Origin: Patescibacteria group bacterium
GTDB lineage: Bacteria > Patescibacteriota > Patescibacteriia > UBA9934 > GWF2-40-263
DNA length: 64,000 nucleotides
Assembly: GCA_018814025.1 (NCBI GenBank)
Contig: JAHJAM010000025.1
Span: 2,530-66,529, forward strand
Reading direction: 5' to 3'
Both the position numbers and the translations under genes were made by a program. The number at the start of each line of letters is the position of its first letter. Position 1 is the stretch's first letter. Of the stretch, positions 41,035 to 51,035 are shown piece after piece. Below the pieces are notes generated by a model. That model worked only from the letters and a program-made list of their open reading frames with translations. It did no database searches and was not told the origin of the DNA.

Positions 41035-43257
41035 ATGGCTAATCAGCCAAAGACAATGCAAGATTTACCGGAGGCGGTCGTGGATTTTTTAAACGGCCTG
41101 GAAGGTTTTGAATATATCAGCCATTTCATTAAGAAATTCGGTTTAAAACCAGAACAAGATATTGAAGTGATTAATTTGGTTTTGGATACGGTTTTGGGCC
41201 AAGTGGTTTTCGCGGATTTGCCGGAAGAAATAGAGGTGCTGTTCGGATTTGATGCCGAACAAGCTAAGCAAGCAGCCATTGAGCTGGCTGGCCATCGCTT
41301 GTTGCCAATTTCCGGCGTGATCGGGAATGTGGCCGAGCAGATTAAGAATTGGGGAGGGGATTTGGAACAATTTAAAAGCCAAGGCACGGTCGTAATGCCG
41401 GAGCTGACCGCGGAATCTTTTGTGCAAGGGGCTTTGAAGGATTTGGGCGTGGCCATGGAAAATGAAGTGCTGCAGCACCGTTTGGAATTGGTTTTGGTTT
41501 CTTACGCCAAAGGCGTGCGGGATCAGAGCGAAGCTCTGGGCACCATGACCCGGGCGCAAAAAGTCGGGGGTTTGGATATGGCGCAGGAAGATGCCGAAGT
41601 TCTGCTGAAGGAAATTGATCAGAAGATGGCGTTTATAAATATTTCGTTTAAGGAGAAAGTAGGTAGGGAAGAAGTAGGTAGGGTAAAAGTTCAGGATGTG
41701 AAGCCGCCGGTGAGGCAGGTTAGAAACGATAAGATGATGGTTGGAAAGGAGCAAACGCGGGTTGGAAGTGATTTGACCAAGAAAAAGAACAAAAGGGATC
41801 CGGAAATAGAGAAGATGCTGGCGACTTTGAAAGCGGATCAGGAAAAATCAAAGGCATTACTTAGTCAATTGAAGAATCAAAAAGTTAGAAATGAACAAAC
41901 GCAAGTTGGAAATGTTTTAACTAAGAAAAAAGACCCGGAAATAGAGAAGATGCTGGCGACTTTGAAAGCGGATCGGGAGAAGTCGCGGGAGCTGTTGAAG
42001 CAATTGAAGAATCAAAAAATTAAAAATGAGCAAAAACAGGTTGGAAATGAGAAGATGAGGGTTGGAAATAAGGATACGATTAAAACCGCGAAAAAGGATT
42101 TAATAGTTGAGAATGAAGCTTTGGCGAGAAATAATGGCGCGCCCACGGCCGCGGTCAAAGCGGAAGTTAAGAAGCCGGTTAAATTAGCGCCAAAAAAGCC
42201 AAACAAAAAATCAGTCGATACTTCGATATTAAATAAGAAAGCCAAAACCGGTTTGGGGGCTGATGTTTTCGACGATGAGGATGAGGCTGAGGTTCAACGA
42301 ATCGCTTCGGTCAGAGCCAAATCTTTGGCCGGCGCCAATGATCCGATTCAGGCGCTGATTGAGCAAATTATCGGGACGGCCAAGCTGAAATTTTCGGATG
42401 AAGAGATTAAACAGCGATTTATCAAAGCCGTGGAATCGCGGATTCGCGATGTGCGGGACATTTACGAAGTGCGGGCGCAATTGGAAAGCTCCAAGGATCA
42501 AGGCGGAGTGGGCTTGGCCGGGGCTCAGCTGGCGGAAACCGTGCAAGTGATCGATCGCTTGGTGAATGAACATCAAACCAAGCTGCAAGCCGAGTCGGAA
42601 AAGAAACAACACGAGTCAATGGCGCAAAAGCGGGCACAAACCGCGCAGGCCGCGCTGGCCGCCAAGCAGCTGGCAGATCAATTAATGGCCAAGCGCTACG
42701 CGGAAATCACGGGCCGAGCGCCGAGCGAGGCGGTGATCGGATCAGTGACCGGAAGCAACTCGGCCGGATCCGCGGAAGCAACCCTAGCCCGCCAAGAACA
42801 GCAAATTGACGCGCATCAAGTCAAGCAAGCGGTGATGGGCGCGCAGCGGATTGCGCCGAAAACCGCGAAACTCTCGGCCTCGAGCATTATGGCCGCGGCC
42901 GGCGCCAAGCCTCAAGTTCAGGATGTGCGCTTCACCCGCCGCTTAGCCGGTCCGGTGGAAGAGCTGCGCAATATGACGATCGTGGAATTCCGCCGCTTAT
43001 CAACCGATCCGCAAGCGGCCAGCGAAAAGATCAAAGATAAAATCGCCTTGGTTGAAGATCAAGGCTACGAACAAAAAATCGCGGCCATTAAAGGCTGGCG
43101 CTCCTCGCCGATCAACCAAGCGTATTTAAGCTTATCGCGCGAAGCTTTGCTTTCGGGCAAGCGGATCTCGGACTTATTAAAGGAGAAGGGGGAGGGAAGC
43201 TTAACCGAGGCCGAGCTGGTGGCGATTATGAAGCTCAACGGCGAGTTGCATTTCTGA
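41035..43257 (+). CDS. conserved hypothetical protein in the T4SS-like cluster, with an internal Lys-rich duplication
   Basis: GPVEELRNMT..EFRRL, WRSSPINQAY; DPEIEKMLATLKAD occurs twice. Confidence 0.7.
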   Translation: MANQPKTMQDLPEAVVDFLNGLEGFEYISHFIKKFGLKPEQDIEVINLVLDTVLGQVVFADLPEEIEVLFGFDAEQAKQAAIELAGHRLLPISGVIGNVAEQIKNWGGDLEQFKSQGTVVMPELTAESFVQGALKDLGVAMENEVLQHRLELVLVSYAKGVRDQSEALGTMTRAQKVGGLDMAQEDAEVLLKEIDQKMAFINISFKEKVGREEVGRVKVQDVKPPVRQVRNDKMMVGKEQTRVGSDLTKKKNKRDPEIEKMLATLKADQEKSKALLSQLKNQKVRNEQTQVGNVLTKKKDPEIEKMLATLKADREKSRELLKQLKNQKIKNEQKQVGNEKMRVGNKDTIKTAKKDLIVENEALARNNGAPTAAVKAEVKKPVKLAPKKPNKKSVDTSILNKKAKTGLGADVFDDEDEAEVQRIASVRAKSLAGANDPIQALIEQIIGTAKLKFSDEEIKQRFIKAVESRIRDVRDIYEVRAQLESSKDQGGVGLAGAQLAETVQVIDRLVNEHQTKLQAESEKKQHESMAQKRAQTAQAALAAKQLADQLMAKRYAEITGRAPSEAVIGSVTGSNSAGSAEATLARQEQQIDAHQVKQAVMGAQRIAPKTAKLSASSIMAAAGAKPQVQDVRFTRRLAGPVEELRNMTIVEFRRLSTDPQAASEKIKDKIALVEDQGYEQKIAAIKGWRSSPINQAYLSLSREALLSGKRISDLLKEKGEGSLTEAELVAIMKLNGELHF

Positions 43258-43269
43258 TAAGATGAGATT

Positions 43270-43704
43270 ATGCCCCAACAGTTTACCGTGCCACAATTTA
43301 TCGACGCGGAGGATAAAATCCTCGGACCGATCACCATCCGCCAGTTTGTCATCTTATTAGTGGCGTTTATGACGGATGCGGTTTTGTACAAACTTCTGCC
43401 GTTTGTGCCTTTTCTTTTGGTGGCCATTCCCTTAATCGCCGTGGCCGGCATTATCGCTTTTGTGAAGATTAACGGCATGCCCTTTCATTATTTTATTTTG
43501 AATTTGCTGCAAACTCTGAAGCGGCCGCAACTGAGAGTGTGGGATAAGACGATTAACGATTCGGAGCTGCGGGATTTGATCAAAGTGGTCAAAGAACCCC
43601 CGCCGCCGCCGCCGGAACGCAAGGCGCCGGTCTCCCGGTCGCGCTTGAACGAATTAACCTTAGTCGTCAACACTGGCGGACTTTATAAACCCGAGGGTGA
43701 ATAA
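43270..43704 (+). CDS. PrgI family protein
   Basis: QFTVPQFIDAEDKILGPITIRQF, two TM segments. Confidence 0.85.
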   Translation: MPQQFTVPQFIDAEDKILGPITIRQFVILLVAFMTDAVLYKLLPFVPFLLVAIPLIAVAGIIAFVKINGMPFHYFILNLLQTLKRPQLRVWDKTINDSELRDLIKVVKEPPPPPPERKAPVSRSRLNELTLVVNTGGLYKPEGE

Positions 43705-43709
43705 ACAAT

Positions 43710-44387
43710 ATGCAAAGCAAACAAATGGCAAAATCTAAACCCGGGCCGGCCACGCAGCGCTATTTGGATATCGCGGAAATCCGCGATGATTTGGTGATCA
43801 TGAAGGACGGTACGGTGCGGGGCGTGCTCATGGTTTCCAGCATCAACTTCGCCCTTAAATCCGTGGATGAGCAAGAGGCGACCATCCAGGCCTACATGTC
43901 TTTTTTGAACAGTTTGGAATATCCGATTCAGATCGTGATTCAATCGCGTAAGATGAACATTGACGCCTACCTCGAATCTTTAAACGAACAATACAAAAAA
44001 TCCGTGAATGATTTGCTGCGGGCGCAAATTCTCGATTACCGCAATTTCGTTCAAGAATTGGTCAGTTTGGGAGAGATTATGCAGAAGCGCTTTTACGTGG
44101 TCGTGCCTTATGATCCGATCAGTAATAAGAAAAAGAATTTTTTCAGCCGCTTATCCGAGGCGATTTCGCCGGTGGCCGCGGCCAAGCTTTCCAATAAACA
44201 AATGAAGGATCGGCTCGATCAATTGGGCCGCCGGCTGGAAATGACCGCCGGCCAGCTGGAGTCCATGGGCTTGCAGGTGGCGCGTTTGGATACGCAAAGC
44301 CTGATTGAATTGTATTACACGGCTTACAATCCCGATCTTTTTGAAGATCAGAAATTGGATGATATTTCCAAGATCCGGACCGACTAA
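43710..44387 (+). CDS. TraC/VirB4 N-terminal-like protein
   Basis: SSINFALKS.DEQ, FLNSL.YPIQI..QSR, FYVVVPY. Confidence 0.75.
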   Translation: MQSKQMAKSKPGPATQRYLDIAEIRDDLVIMKDGTVRGVLMVSSINFALKSVDEQEATIQAYMSFLNSLEYPIQIVIQSRKMNIDAYLESLNEQYKKSVNDLLRAQILDYRNFVQELVSLGEIMQKRFYVVVPYDPISNKKKNFFSRLSEAISPVAAAKLSNKQMKDRLDQLGRRLEMTAGQLESMGLQVARLDTQSLIELYYTAYNPDLFEDQKLDDISKIRTD

Positions 44388-44411
44388 TTTTTAATCAGCA
44401 AATGAGAATTT

Positions 44412-46568
44412 ATGGCCATTGAAATAGGCAAAATCCAAAAAGGCGCCATGCCCGCGCCGCCGCCGGCGCCGGTCAAACCCAAAGAAATGACCGAGGTGGA
44501 GAAACAAGCGGCCGAAACCAAAATTTTGTTGGAAGAGGAAAGGATCTACCGCCAAGGCGTGGTCACGGTTCGGGATTTGATTTCCCCGGCCGCTTTCGAA
44601 GTCAATCCGACTTTTTTGAAAATTTCCGGGATTTACGTGCGCACCATGTTCGTGATCACTTATCCGCGCCACTTGGGCGTGGGCTGGTCTTCGCCTTTGA
44701 TCAACCTGAATAAGACTTTGGATATCGCCATGTTTTTCTATCCGGTCAAGGCGAACATTATTTTGAAGCAATTGCAGAAGAAGGTCGGTATTTTAGAAGC
44801 CGGGATCATGGCGGACGCGGAAAAAGGTGCGCCGCGCGACCCGCTGCGGGAAACGGCCTTGCGCGACATTGAAGCTTTGCGCGACGCCTTAACTCAGGGC
44901 GTGGAGCATTTTTTCCAATTCGGTTTTTACGTGACCATGTATGCCAAGAATGAAGAGGAGCTGGAAAAGACTTCGCAAGAATTCGAGGCCATGCTGGGCA
45001 GCAAGTTGATTTACAGCAAAGCCGGCTACTATCAGGCCGAGCAGGGCTTCAACTCAACTTTGCCTCTGGGCAACGACGAGCTGATGATCAGCTATAACAT
45101 GAATACTTCGCCGATCGCGGCTTCCTTTCCGTTTATCAGTTCGGATTTGACTTCGGACAACGGGATTTTATTCGGCATCAACCGGCATAACAACTCTTTG
45201 ATTCTGTTTGACCGCTTCAGCTTGCAGAATGCCAATTCGGTGGTGTTCGCGACTTCGGGGGCGGGCAAATCCTACGCGATCAAATTAGAAATTTTGCGCT
45301 CATTGATGATGGGCGTGGAAGTGATCGTGATTGATCCGGAAATGGAATATAAGCATTTGTCCGACGCCGTGGGCGGCACTTACGTGAATGTTTCTCTGGC
45401 TTCGCCGGCCAAAATCAACCCGTTTGATTTGCCTAGAAAAGTGGGCGAGGACACGAAAGTCGACGACATTATTCGCAGTGCGGTGATCACCCTCAAGGGC
45501 TTGTTGCGGATTATGATCGGCAAGCCGATCGGCGAAGCCGGCAAGGTCGGTTTTGAACCGGAAGAGGATTCGATTTTGGACCGGGCCTTGATTGAAACTT
45601 TTGCCAAAAAAGACATTACGGCCGAGACCGCGAATTTGTCAGCCGTGGAGCCGCCGATCATGCAGGATTTTCAAGATGTGCTGGAAGGCATGGAAGGGGC
45701 GGATGATTTGGTGGCGCGTTTGAAAAAATATACGGAGGGCACCTTCTCCGGCTTGCTGAATTCGCCGACCACGGTGGAAATGAACAATCAGCTGGTGATC
45801 TTTTCCGTGCGCGATTTGGAAGATGAACTGCGGCCCATGGCGATTTATACCATCGTCAATTATATTTGGAACGTGGTGCGCGCCGAGCGGAAAAAGCGCA
45901 TTTTGGTGATTGACGAAGCTTGGTGGCTGATGCAGCACGACGATTCCGCGAAATTCATTTTTGCTCTGGTCAAGCGCTGCCGTAAGTATTTCATGGGCGT
46001 GACCACCATCACCCAGGACGTGAATGACTTTTTGCGCTCGCCTTACGGCCAGGCCATTGTGACCAACTCTTCAATGCAAATTCTTTTGAAGCAGTCGCCG
46101 GCCGGCATTGATAAAATTCAAGAAACTTTCCAGCTGACGGACGGAGAAAAATATCTTTTGTTGGAATCGGCCGTGGGCGAGGGGATTTTCTTCGCCGGAG
46201 CCAAACACGCGGCCATCAAGGTGGTGGCTTCGTACACAGAGGATCAAATCGTGACCACGAATCCGGCTCAACTTTTGGAAATTGAGGGCGCGAAAAAGGA
46301 ATTTGATGAAAAAATGGCGGCCGAAGAAACGGCCAGAAAGGAAAGCGCGGGACCGGGCGGATCAGTCCAAGCCCAAAGTGAAGAACCAGTTGAGGAACCG
46401 GCGGAAGCGGCGGTTGAAGAATTAAGCGCGGAGCAAATCGAAGCCCAAAAGGTCCAAGCCCAAGCCGCGGCCGCCTTTTTAGCCAAAGAGCAAGGCGGAG
46501 CCGCGCCCGGTACCGAAGCCGCGGGCCGAGCTGAAGCGGATAAATTACGCGAATCTTTAAAGGTTTAA
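44412..46568 (+). CDS. virB4: VirB4-like type IV secretion ATPase
   Basis: ATSGAGKS Walker A, IDPE.EY, INPFD, IDEAW, TQD. Confidence 0.9.
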   Translation: MAIEIGKIQKGAMPAPPPAPVKPKEMTEVEKQAAETKILLEEERIYRQGVVTVRDLISPAAFEVNPTFLKISGIYVRTMFVITYPRHLGVGWSSPLINLNKTLDIAMFFYPVKANIILKQLQKKVGILEAGIMADAEKGAPRDPLRETALRDIEALRDALTQGVEHFFQFGFYVTMYAKNEEELEKTSQEFEAMLGSKLIYSKAGYYQAEQGFNSTLPLGNDELMISYNMNTSPIAASFPFISSDLTSDNGILFGINRHNNSLILFDRFSLQNANSVVFATSGAGKSYAIKLEILRSLMMGVEVIVIDPEMEYKHLSDAVGGTYVNVSLASPAKINPFDLPRKVGEDTKVDDIIRSAVITLKGLLRIMIGKPIGEAGKVGFEPEEDSILDRALIETFAKKDITAETANLSAVEPPIMQDFQDVLEGMEGADDLVARLKKYTEGTFSGLLNSPTTVEMNNQLVIFSVRDLEDELRPMAIYTIVNYIWNVVRAERKKRILVIDEAWWLMQHDDSAKFIFALVKRCRKYFMGVTTITQDVNDFLRSPYGQAIVTNSSMQILLKQSPAGIDKIQETFQLTDGEKYLLLESAVGEGIFFAGAKHAAIKVVASYTEDQIVTTNPAQLLEIEGAKKEFDEKMAAEETARKESAGPGGSVQAQSEEPVEEPAEAAVEELSAEQIEAQKVQAQAAAAFLAKEQGGAAPGTEAAGRAEADKLRESLKV

Positions 46569-46569
46569 T

Positions 46570-47133
46570 ATGACGCGCAAACAAAAAATAGGAATCGGGA
46601 TGGCGCTAATTGCGGTGATAATCATGTTGATTTGGCTCTGGCTGCTGCGCGGGCCAGCGCCGGCCGTACCGCCGGCCGTGATCGCACCCGCGATTGAGGA
46701 AGAAACCCAGGCGCCGACATCGGTCCCGACTCAGGAAATGGCGGCCGAGCAGGCGAAGCGGGATGAGTCCGCGGGTTTGCAGTCTTTGGCGAAAACTTTT
46801 ACCGAACGCTATGGCAGTTTTTCCACGGAAGCGAATTTTGCCAATTTGTCGGATGTGATGATTATGATGACGCCGAGCTTTTCGGCTCAAACTCAAGCCG
46901 ATATCGAGGCGGCGAGCTTGGGAGAAAATTTTTACGGCGTGACCACCAAAGTGGTTAGTGTGAGCGTGGATCAATTGGATGAGGAAGCGGGTTTGGCAAA
47001 GTTGACGATTAACACCCAGCGCCAGGAAGCCGTGGACAGCCCGCAGAATATCTCGGTCAAATATCAAGATTTAGTTTTGAATTTTGAAATGATTAGCGGA
47101 ACATGGAAAGTCTCGTCCGCCGTTTGGCAATAG
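46570..47133 (+). CDS. single-TM hypothetical protein (NTF2/TcpC-like fold possible)
   Basis: N-terminal TM, FTERYGSFS, C-terminal WKV. Confidence 0.6.
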   Translation: MTRKQKIGIGMALIAVIIMLIWLWLLRGPAPAVPPAVIAPAIEEETQAPTSVPTQEMAAEQAKRDESAGLQSLAKTFTERYGSFSTEANFANLSDVMIMMTPSFSAQTQADIEAASLGENFYGVTTKVVSVSVDQLDEEAGLAKLTINTQRQEAVDSPQNISVKYQDLVLNFEMISGTWKVSSAVWQ

Positions 47134-47801
47134 AATCGATTTGGCCGCGGTTTTGCATCCGTTGCGGTCGCGAGGGGGAAGTATTTTGCCGGCCTTGCCA
47201 GGAGGCTTACCGGCCGAGGATTTCTTTTGCGGCTTGTCCATTTTGCGGACGAGGCGGGTCTGATCGAGTCTGCGACGAGTGCGGGCCGAAAACGTATTTG
47301 GACGGCGTGATCAGCTTGGCCGCTTACGGAGATCCGGTCGTTCGCGAAGCGATCGGACTTTGGAAGTACCACGGCGATGAACAAGCTCAAGCCACGATTG
47401 AATTATGGGTGCGGCAGCTGGCTCAAAGTTTGCGGCTGGCCGAGGCAGTTGAGGCCGTCAGTTTTATCCCTTTGCATGAGAGTAAAAAGCGCAGCCGCGG
47501 GTTTGATCAGGCTCAAGAATTGGCCAAAATGGTGGCGCGCCTGATCAATCGGCCGGTTCAAGAAGTTTTGCGGCGCGACCGGAAGACCCGGGCTCAAGCC
47601 CAGCTGACCAATGAACAGCGGCTGGTCGGAGATCTGGATGGAATTTTTCGAGTGCAGGGGAATCTGCCCCAGAGCGTGGTTTTGTGCGATGACGTGTTTA
47701 CCAGCGGGGCCACCATGGATGCGGCCGCGCGAGAATTGAAAGAACACGGCGTAAAAACGGTTTTCGGATTAACTTTAGCCAAAGGTTCATTAAAGACTTG
47801 A
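47103..47801 (+). CDS. comF: ComF family protein
   Basis: Double zinc ribbon CxxC, IPLH, RGFDQA, DDVFTSGAT. Confidence 0.9.
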   Translation: MESLVRRLAIESIWPRFCIRCGREGEVFCRPCQEAYRPRISFAACPFCGRGGSDRVCDECGPKTYLDGVISLAAYGDPVVREAIGLWKYHGDEQAQATIELWVRQLAQSLRLAEAVEAVSFIPLHESKKRSRGFDQAQELAKMVARLINRPVQEVLRRDRKTRAQAQLTNEQRLVGDLDGIFRVQGNLPQSVVLCDDVFTSGATMDAAARELKEHGVKTVFGLTLAKGSLKT

Positions 47802-47857
47802 TTTATTTCAGAAATTGGCTTATTCTTACCCCACCAGGACGCAAGTTTTGGCAGCAC

Positions 47858-47951
47858 GGAGAGGTACCCAAGAGGCTGAAGGGGCGGGTTTGCTAAACCT
47901 GTAGGTCGGGGTTTTCTCGGCGCGGGGGTTCGAATCCCCCCCTCTCCGCCA
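47858..47951 (+). tRNA. tRNA-Ser(GCT)
   Basis: GGAGAGG...TTGCTAA loop, long variable arm, CCTCTCCGCCA. Confidence 0.95.
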
Positions 47952-48264
<313 letters not shown>

Positions 48265-48288
48265 ATGAAAATAATTTTCTCTTGATTT

Positions 48289-48783
48289 ATGGAGGATCAA
48301 AAAGTAAAAATTGCCGGCCGGCCCTTGCTTGATTGGGAAGTGGACGAATTCATGAAGCATGATCGTTCCCCGGCTTGGTATATCGTAGCGGCCGTGATCG
48401 GTTTGAGCTTAATCATTTATGCGGTGGCCACGGCGAATTTTCTGTTCGCGGTCATCATGCTGATGATCGGCATCATTATCCTGATCTCTTCATTTACCGA
48501 ACCGAACGCGATTGAAGTTTTTATCACCACCATGGGGGTGGTCGTGGGCGATTCTTTTTACGAATATAAAGATATTAAAGATTTTGCCGTGATTTACGAA
48601 CCGCCGGAGGTGAATCTTTTATACCTGAATTTCAAGTCGCCTTGGCAGCCGGTGATGGCGATTCCGCTGAAAGAATTAGATCCGAATACGGTTCGAGAAA
48701 TTTTATTGAATTACCTGGCTGAAGATTTGGAACAAGAGGAAGAACGCTTGACAGACGTGTTGCGCCGGCTGTATAAGTTGTAG
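48289..48783 (+). CDS. conserved hypothetical two-TM protein (CPR-type)
   Basis: W...EF..H.R...WY, two TM segments, soluble C-terminal domain. Confidence 0.7.
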   Translation: MEDQKVKIAGRPLLDWEVDEFMKHDRSPAWYIVAAVIGLSLIIYAVATANFLFAVIMLMIGIIILISSFTEPNAIEVFITTMGVVVGDSFYEYKDIKDFAVIYEPPEVNLLYLNFKSPWQPVMAIPLKELDPNTVREILLNYLAEDLEQEEERLTDVLRRLYKL

Positions 48784-48804
48784 GCTTCGTCAAAAATTTT
48801 TTAT

Positions 48805-48881
48805 GCGGTCGTAGCTCAGATGGATAGAGCATCAGCTTGCGGAGCTGAGGGTCGCAGGTTCGAATCCTGCCGATCGCACCA
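48805..48881 (+). tRNA. tRNA-Arg(GCG)
   Basis: TCAGC TTGCGGA GCTGA anticodon arm, GGTTCGAATCC, ACCA. Confidence 0.93.
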
Positions 48882-48955
48882 CAAAGTACTCCAGTTTGTC
48901 TGGAGTTTTTTGTTTGTTTGGCAAAAAAGAGGCGAATGAGTAAGATAAAATCACT

Positions 48956-51007
48956 ATGGCGATTCACTTGAGCACATCAGTGGCGGCTTTGCCCGGCATT
49001 GGGGCCGGGGCCGCGAAGGATTTGAAAAACCTGGGCGTGGTTTGCGTGCGCGATTTGTTGGAATATTTTCCTTTTCGCTATGATGATTTTTCAAAAATCA
49101 AAGCCATCGCCGATTTGCGGCATGGCGATACGGTCACTGTGACGGGCCGGATTCGAGCCATTGAATCGCGCCAAGCGAAAAATCGCCGGCTGACTTTAAC
49201 GGAGGCGATCGTGGAGGACGGTACCGGAGAAATCAAAGTGATCTGGTTTAATCAGCCTTATCTGGAAAAAACTTTGTCGATTGGGAAAGTGGTTTCTTTA
49301 GCCGGGACCGTGGATTCGAAATTCGGCAAAACTTTAGTCAATCCGATTTACGAAGCCGCGCACACGAATATTCACACGGGCCGAATTGTGCCGGTTTACG
49401 GCCGAACCGGGGCTTTGACCATCCGTCGCTTGCGCGGCGCCATGCAAACGGCTTTGGCCGCGGCGGATGAAATTGTGGAGTGGCTGCCGGGGAAAGTCCG
49501 AGGGCAGGAACATTGGCCGGACGAGCCCGAGGCGCTGCGGGCGGTTCATTTTCCCAAGGACAATCAAGAATTGGCGCGGGCGATTGAGCGGCTGAAATTT
49601 GACGAGCTGTTTTTGCATCAGATGCTGTTTGCGGAAGTGCGCCGGCAAAAGGAGGTTAAGGAAGCCAAGGCTTGGGCGATCGATGAGTCTTATCTTAAGG
49701 AATTCGTTCAGCGTTTGCCGTTTGAATTAACCACGGATCAAAAAATGGCGGTTTGGGAAATCGTGCAGGATTGTGCCAAGGATCACCCCATGAACCGATT
49801 GTTGGAAGGGGATGTGGGCAGCGGCAAAACCGTGGTGGCGGCCATGGCTTTGGCGCACGCGATCAAACAAGGCGGCAAAGCCGCGTATCTGGCGCCCACG
49901 GAAATTTTAGCCAAGCAAGTGCATCAAGAATTGTCGAAATATTTATCCGGAGTGGAAGTGGCGCTGTTTACGGCCGGGCAAGTGAAATTGGGGCAGGAGG
50001 AGATTAGCCGAAATAATTTATTAGCGCTCTTAGCTCGAGGCGACTGCGCCTGCGTGGTGGGCACGCAGACTTTGATTCAAGAAGGCGTGAGTTTGCCGGA
50101 TCTGGGCTTGATCGTGATTGATGAACAGCATCGTTTTGGCGTGCGCCAGCGGCATGCCTTGCTGGAAACCGGGGATCGGCCGGCGCCGCATCTTTTGTCC
50201 ATGACGGCCACGCCGATTCCGCGCTCTTTGGCTTTGACTTTGTACGGCGATCTGCAGCTTTCGATCATCCGCCAAAAACCCAAGGGCCGCAAGCCGATCG
50301 CCACCCGGATCGCTTTTGAAAAAGCCAAAGCCGCCATGTGGCAGCAGGTGGAAGCGGAAATTAAAAACGGCCATCGGGCTTACGTGATTTGTCCGCTGAT
50401 CGATCCGTCAGACAAGCTGGGGACTCAGTCCGTGACTGAAACCGCCCAGGTTTTATCCAAGGGAGTATTGAAAAAAGTTAAGGTGGGAATTTTGCACGGC
50501 AAGCTGAAATCCGATGAGAAAGAACAGGTGATGAATGATTTTAAGAGCGGTCGAATTGAAGTTTTGGTGGCCACCACCGTAGTGGAAGTGGGAGTGGATG
50601 TGCCGGATGCGACCATGATGGTTATTTTGGGCGCGGAGCGGTTCGGTTTGGCGCAACTGCACCAGTTGCGCGGCCGGGTCGGGCGCAGCGAACGCCAATC
50701 GTATTGTTATCTGGCGCCGGAGACTTTTTCATCAAATACCAAAGAACGCTTAATGGCCATGGTGCATTGTGAGGACGGTTTTGAATTGGCGGAGCGGGAT
50801 TTGCAACTGCGCGGCGCCGGCAATGTTTTCGGCACGGCCCAATCCGGGTTTCCGGATTTTAAATTGGCCACGGTCGGGGACGCGGATTTAATCAAAAAAG
50901 CCCATGAATGGGCTCAGGAAATTTTGGCCAAAGATCCGCATTTGGATCGCAAGCCGTTATTGCGGCAAAAAATTGATGATGCGCTGGCGCAAGCTCATCT
51001 GGAGTAA
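48956..51007 (+). CDS. recG: ATP-dependent DNA helicase RecG
   Basis: GDVGSGKT, DEQHRFG, MTATPIPR, QLRGRVGR. Confidence 0.97.
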   Translation: MAIHLSTSVAALPGIGAGAAKDLKNLGVVCVRDLLEYFPFRYDDFSKIKAIADLRHGDTVTVTGRIRAIESRQAKNRRLTLTEAIVEDGTGEIKVIWFNQPYLEKTLSIGKVVSLAGTVDSKFGKTLVNPIYEAAHTNIHTGRIVPVYGRTGALTIRRLRGAMQTALAAADEIVEWLPGKVRGQEHWPDEPEALRAVHFPKDNQELARAIERLKFDELFLHQMLFAEVRRQKEVKEAKAWAIDESYLKEFVQRLPFELTTDQKMAVWEIVQDCAKDHPMNRLLEGDVGSGKTVVAAMALAHAIKQGGKAAYLAPTEILAKQVHQELSKYLSGVEVALFTAGQVKLGQEEISRNNLLALLARGDCACVVGTQTLIQEGVSLPDLGLIVIDEQHRFGVRQRHALLETGDRPAPHLLSMTATPIPRSLALTLYGDLQLSIIRQKPKGRKPIATRIAFEKAKAAMWQQVEAEIKNGHRAYVICPLIDPSDKLGTQSVTETAQVLSKGVLKKVKVGILHGKLKSDEKEQVMNDFKSGRIEVLVATTVVEVGVDVPDATMMVILGAERFGLAQLHQLRGRVGRSERQSYCYLAPETFSSNTKERLMAMVHCEDGFELAERDLQLRGAGNVFGTAQSGFPDFKLATVGDADLIKKAHEWAQEILAKDPHLDRKPLLRQKIDDALAQAHLE

Positions 51008-51034
51008 CTTTCCATCATCCGGTGATGGACAAGT
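51007..51034. repeat. dispersed REP-like palindrome
   Basis: TTCCATCAT-CCG-GTGATGG, matching the RAYT-flanking palindromes. Confidence 0.7.
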
Positions 51035-51035
51035 G

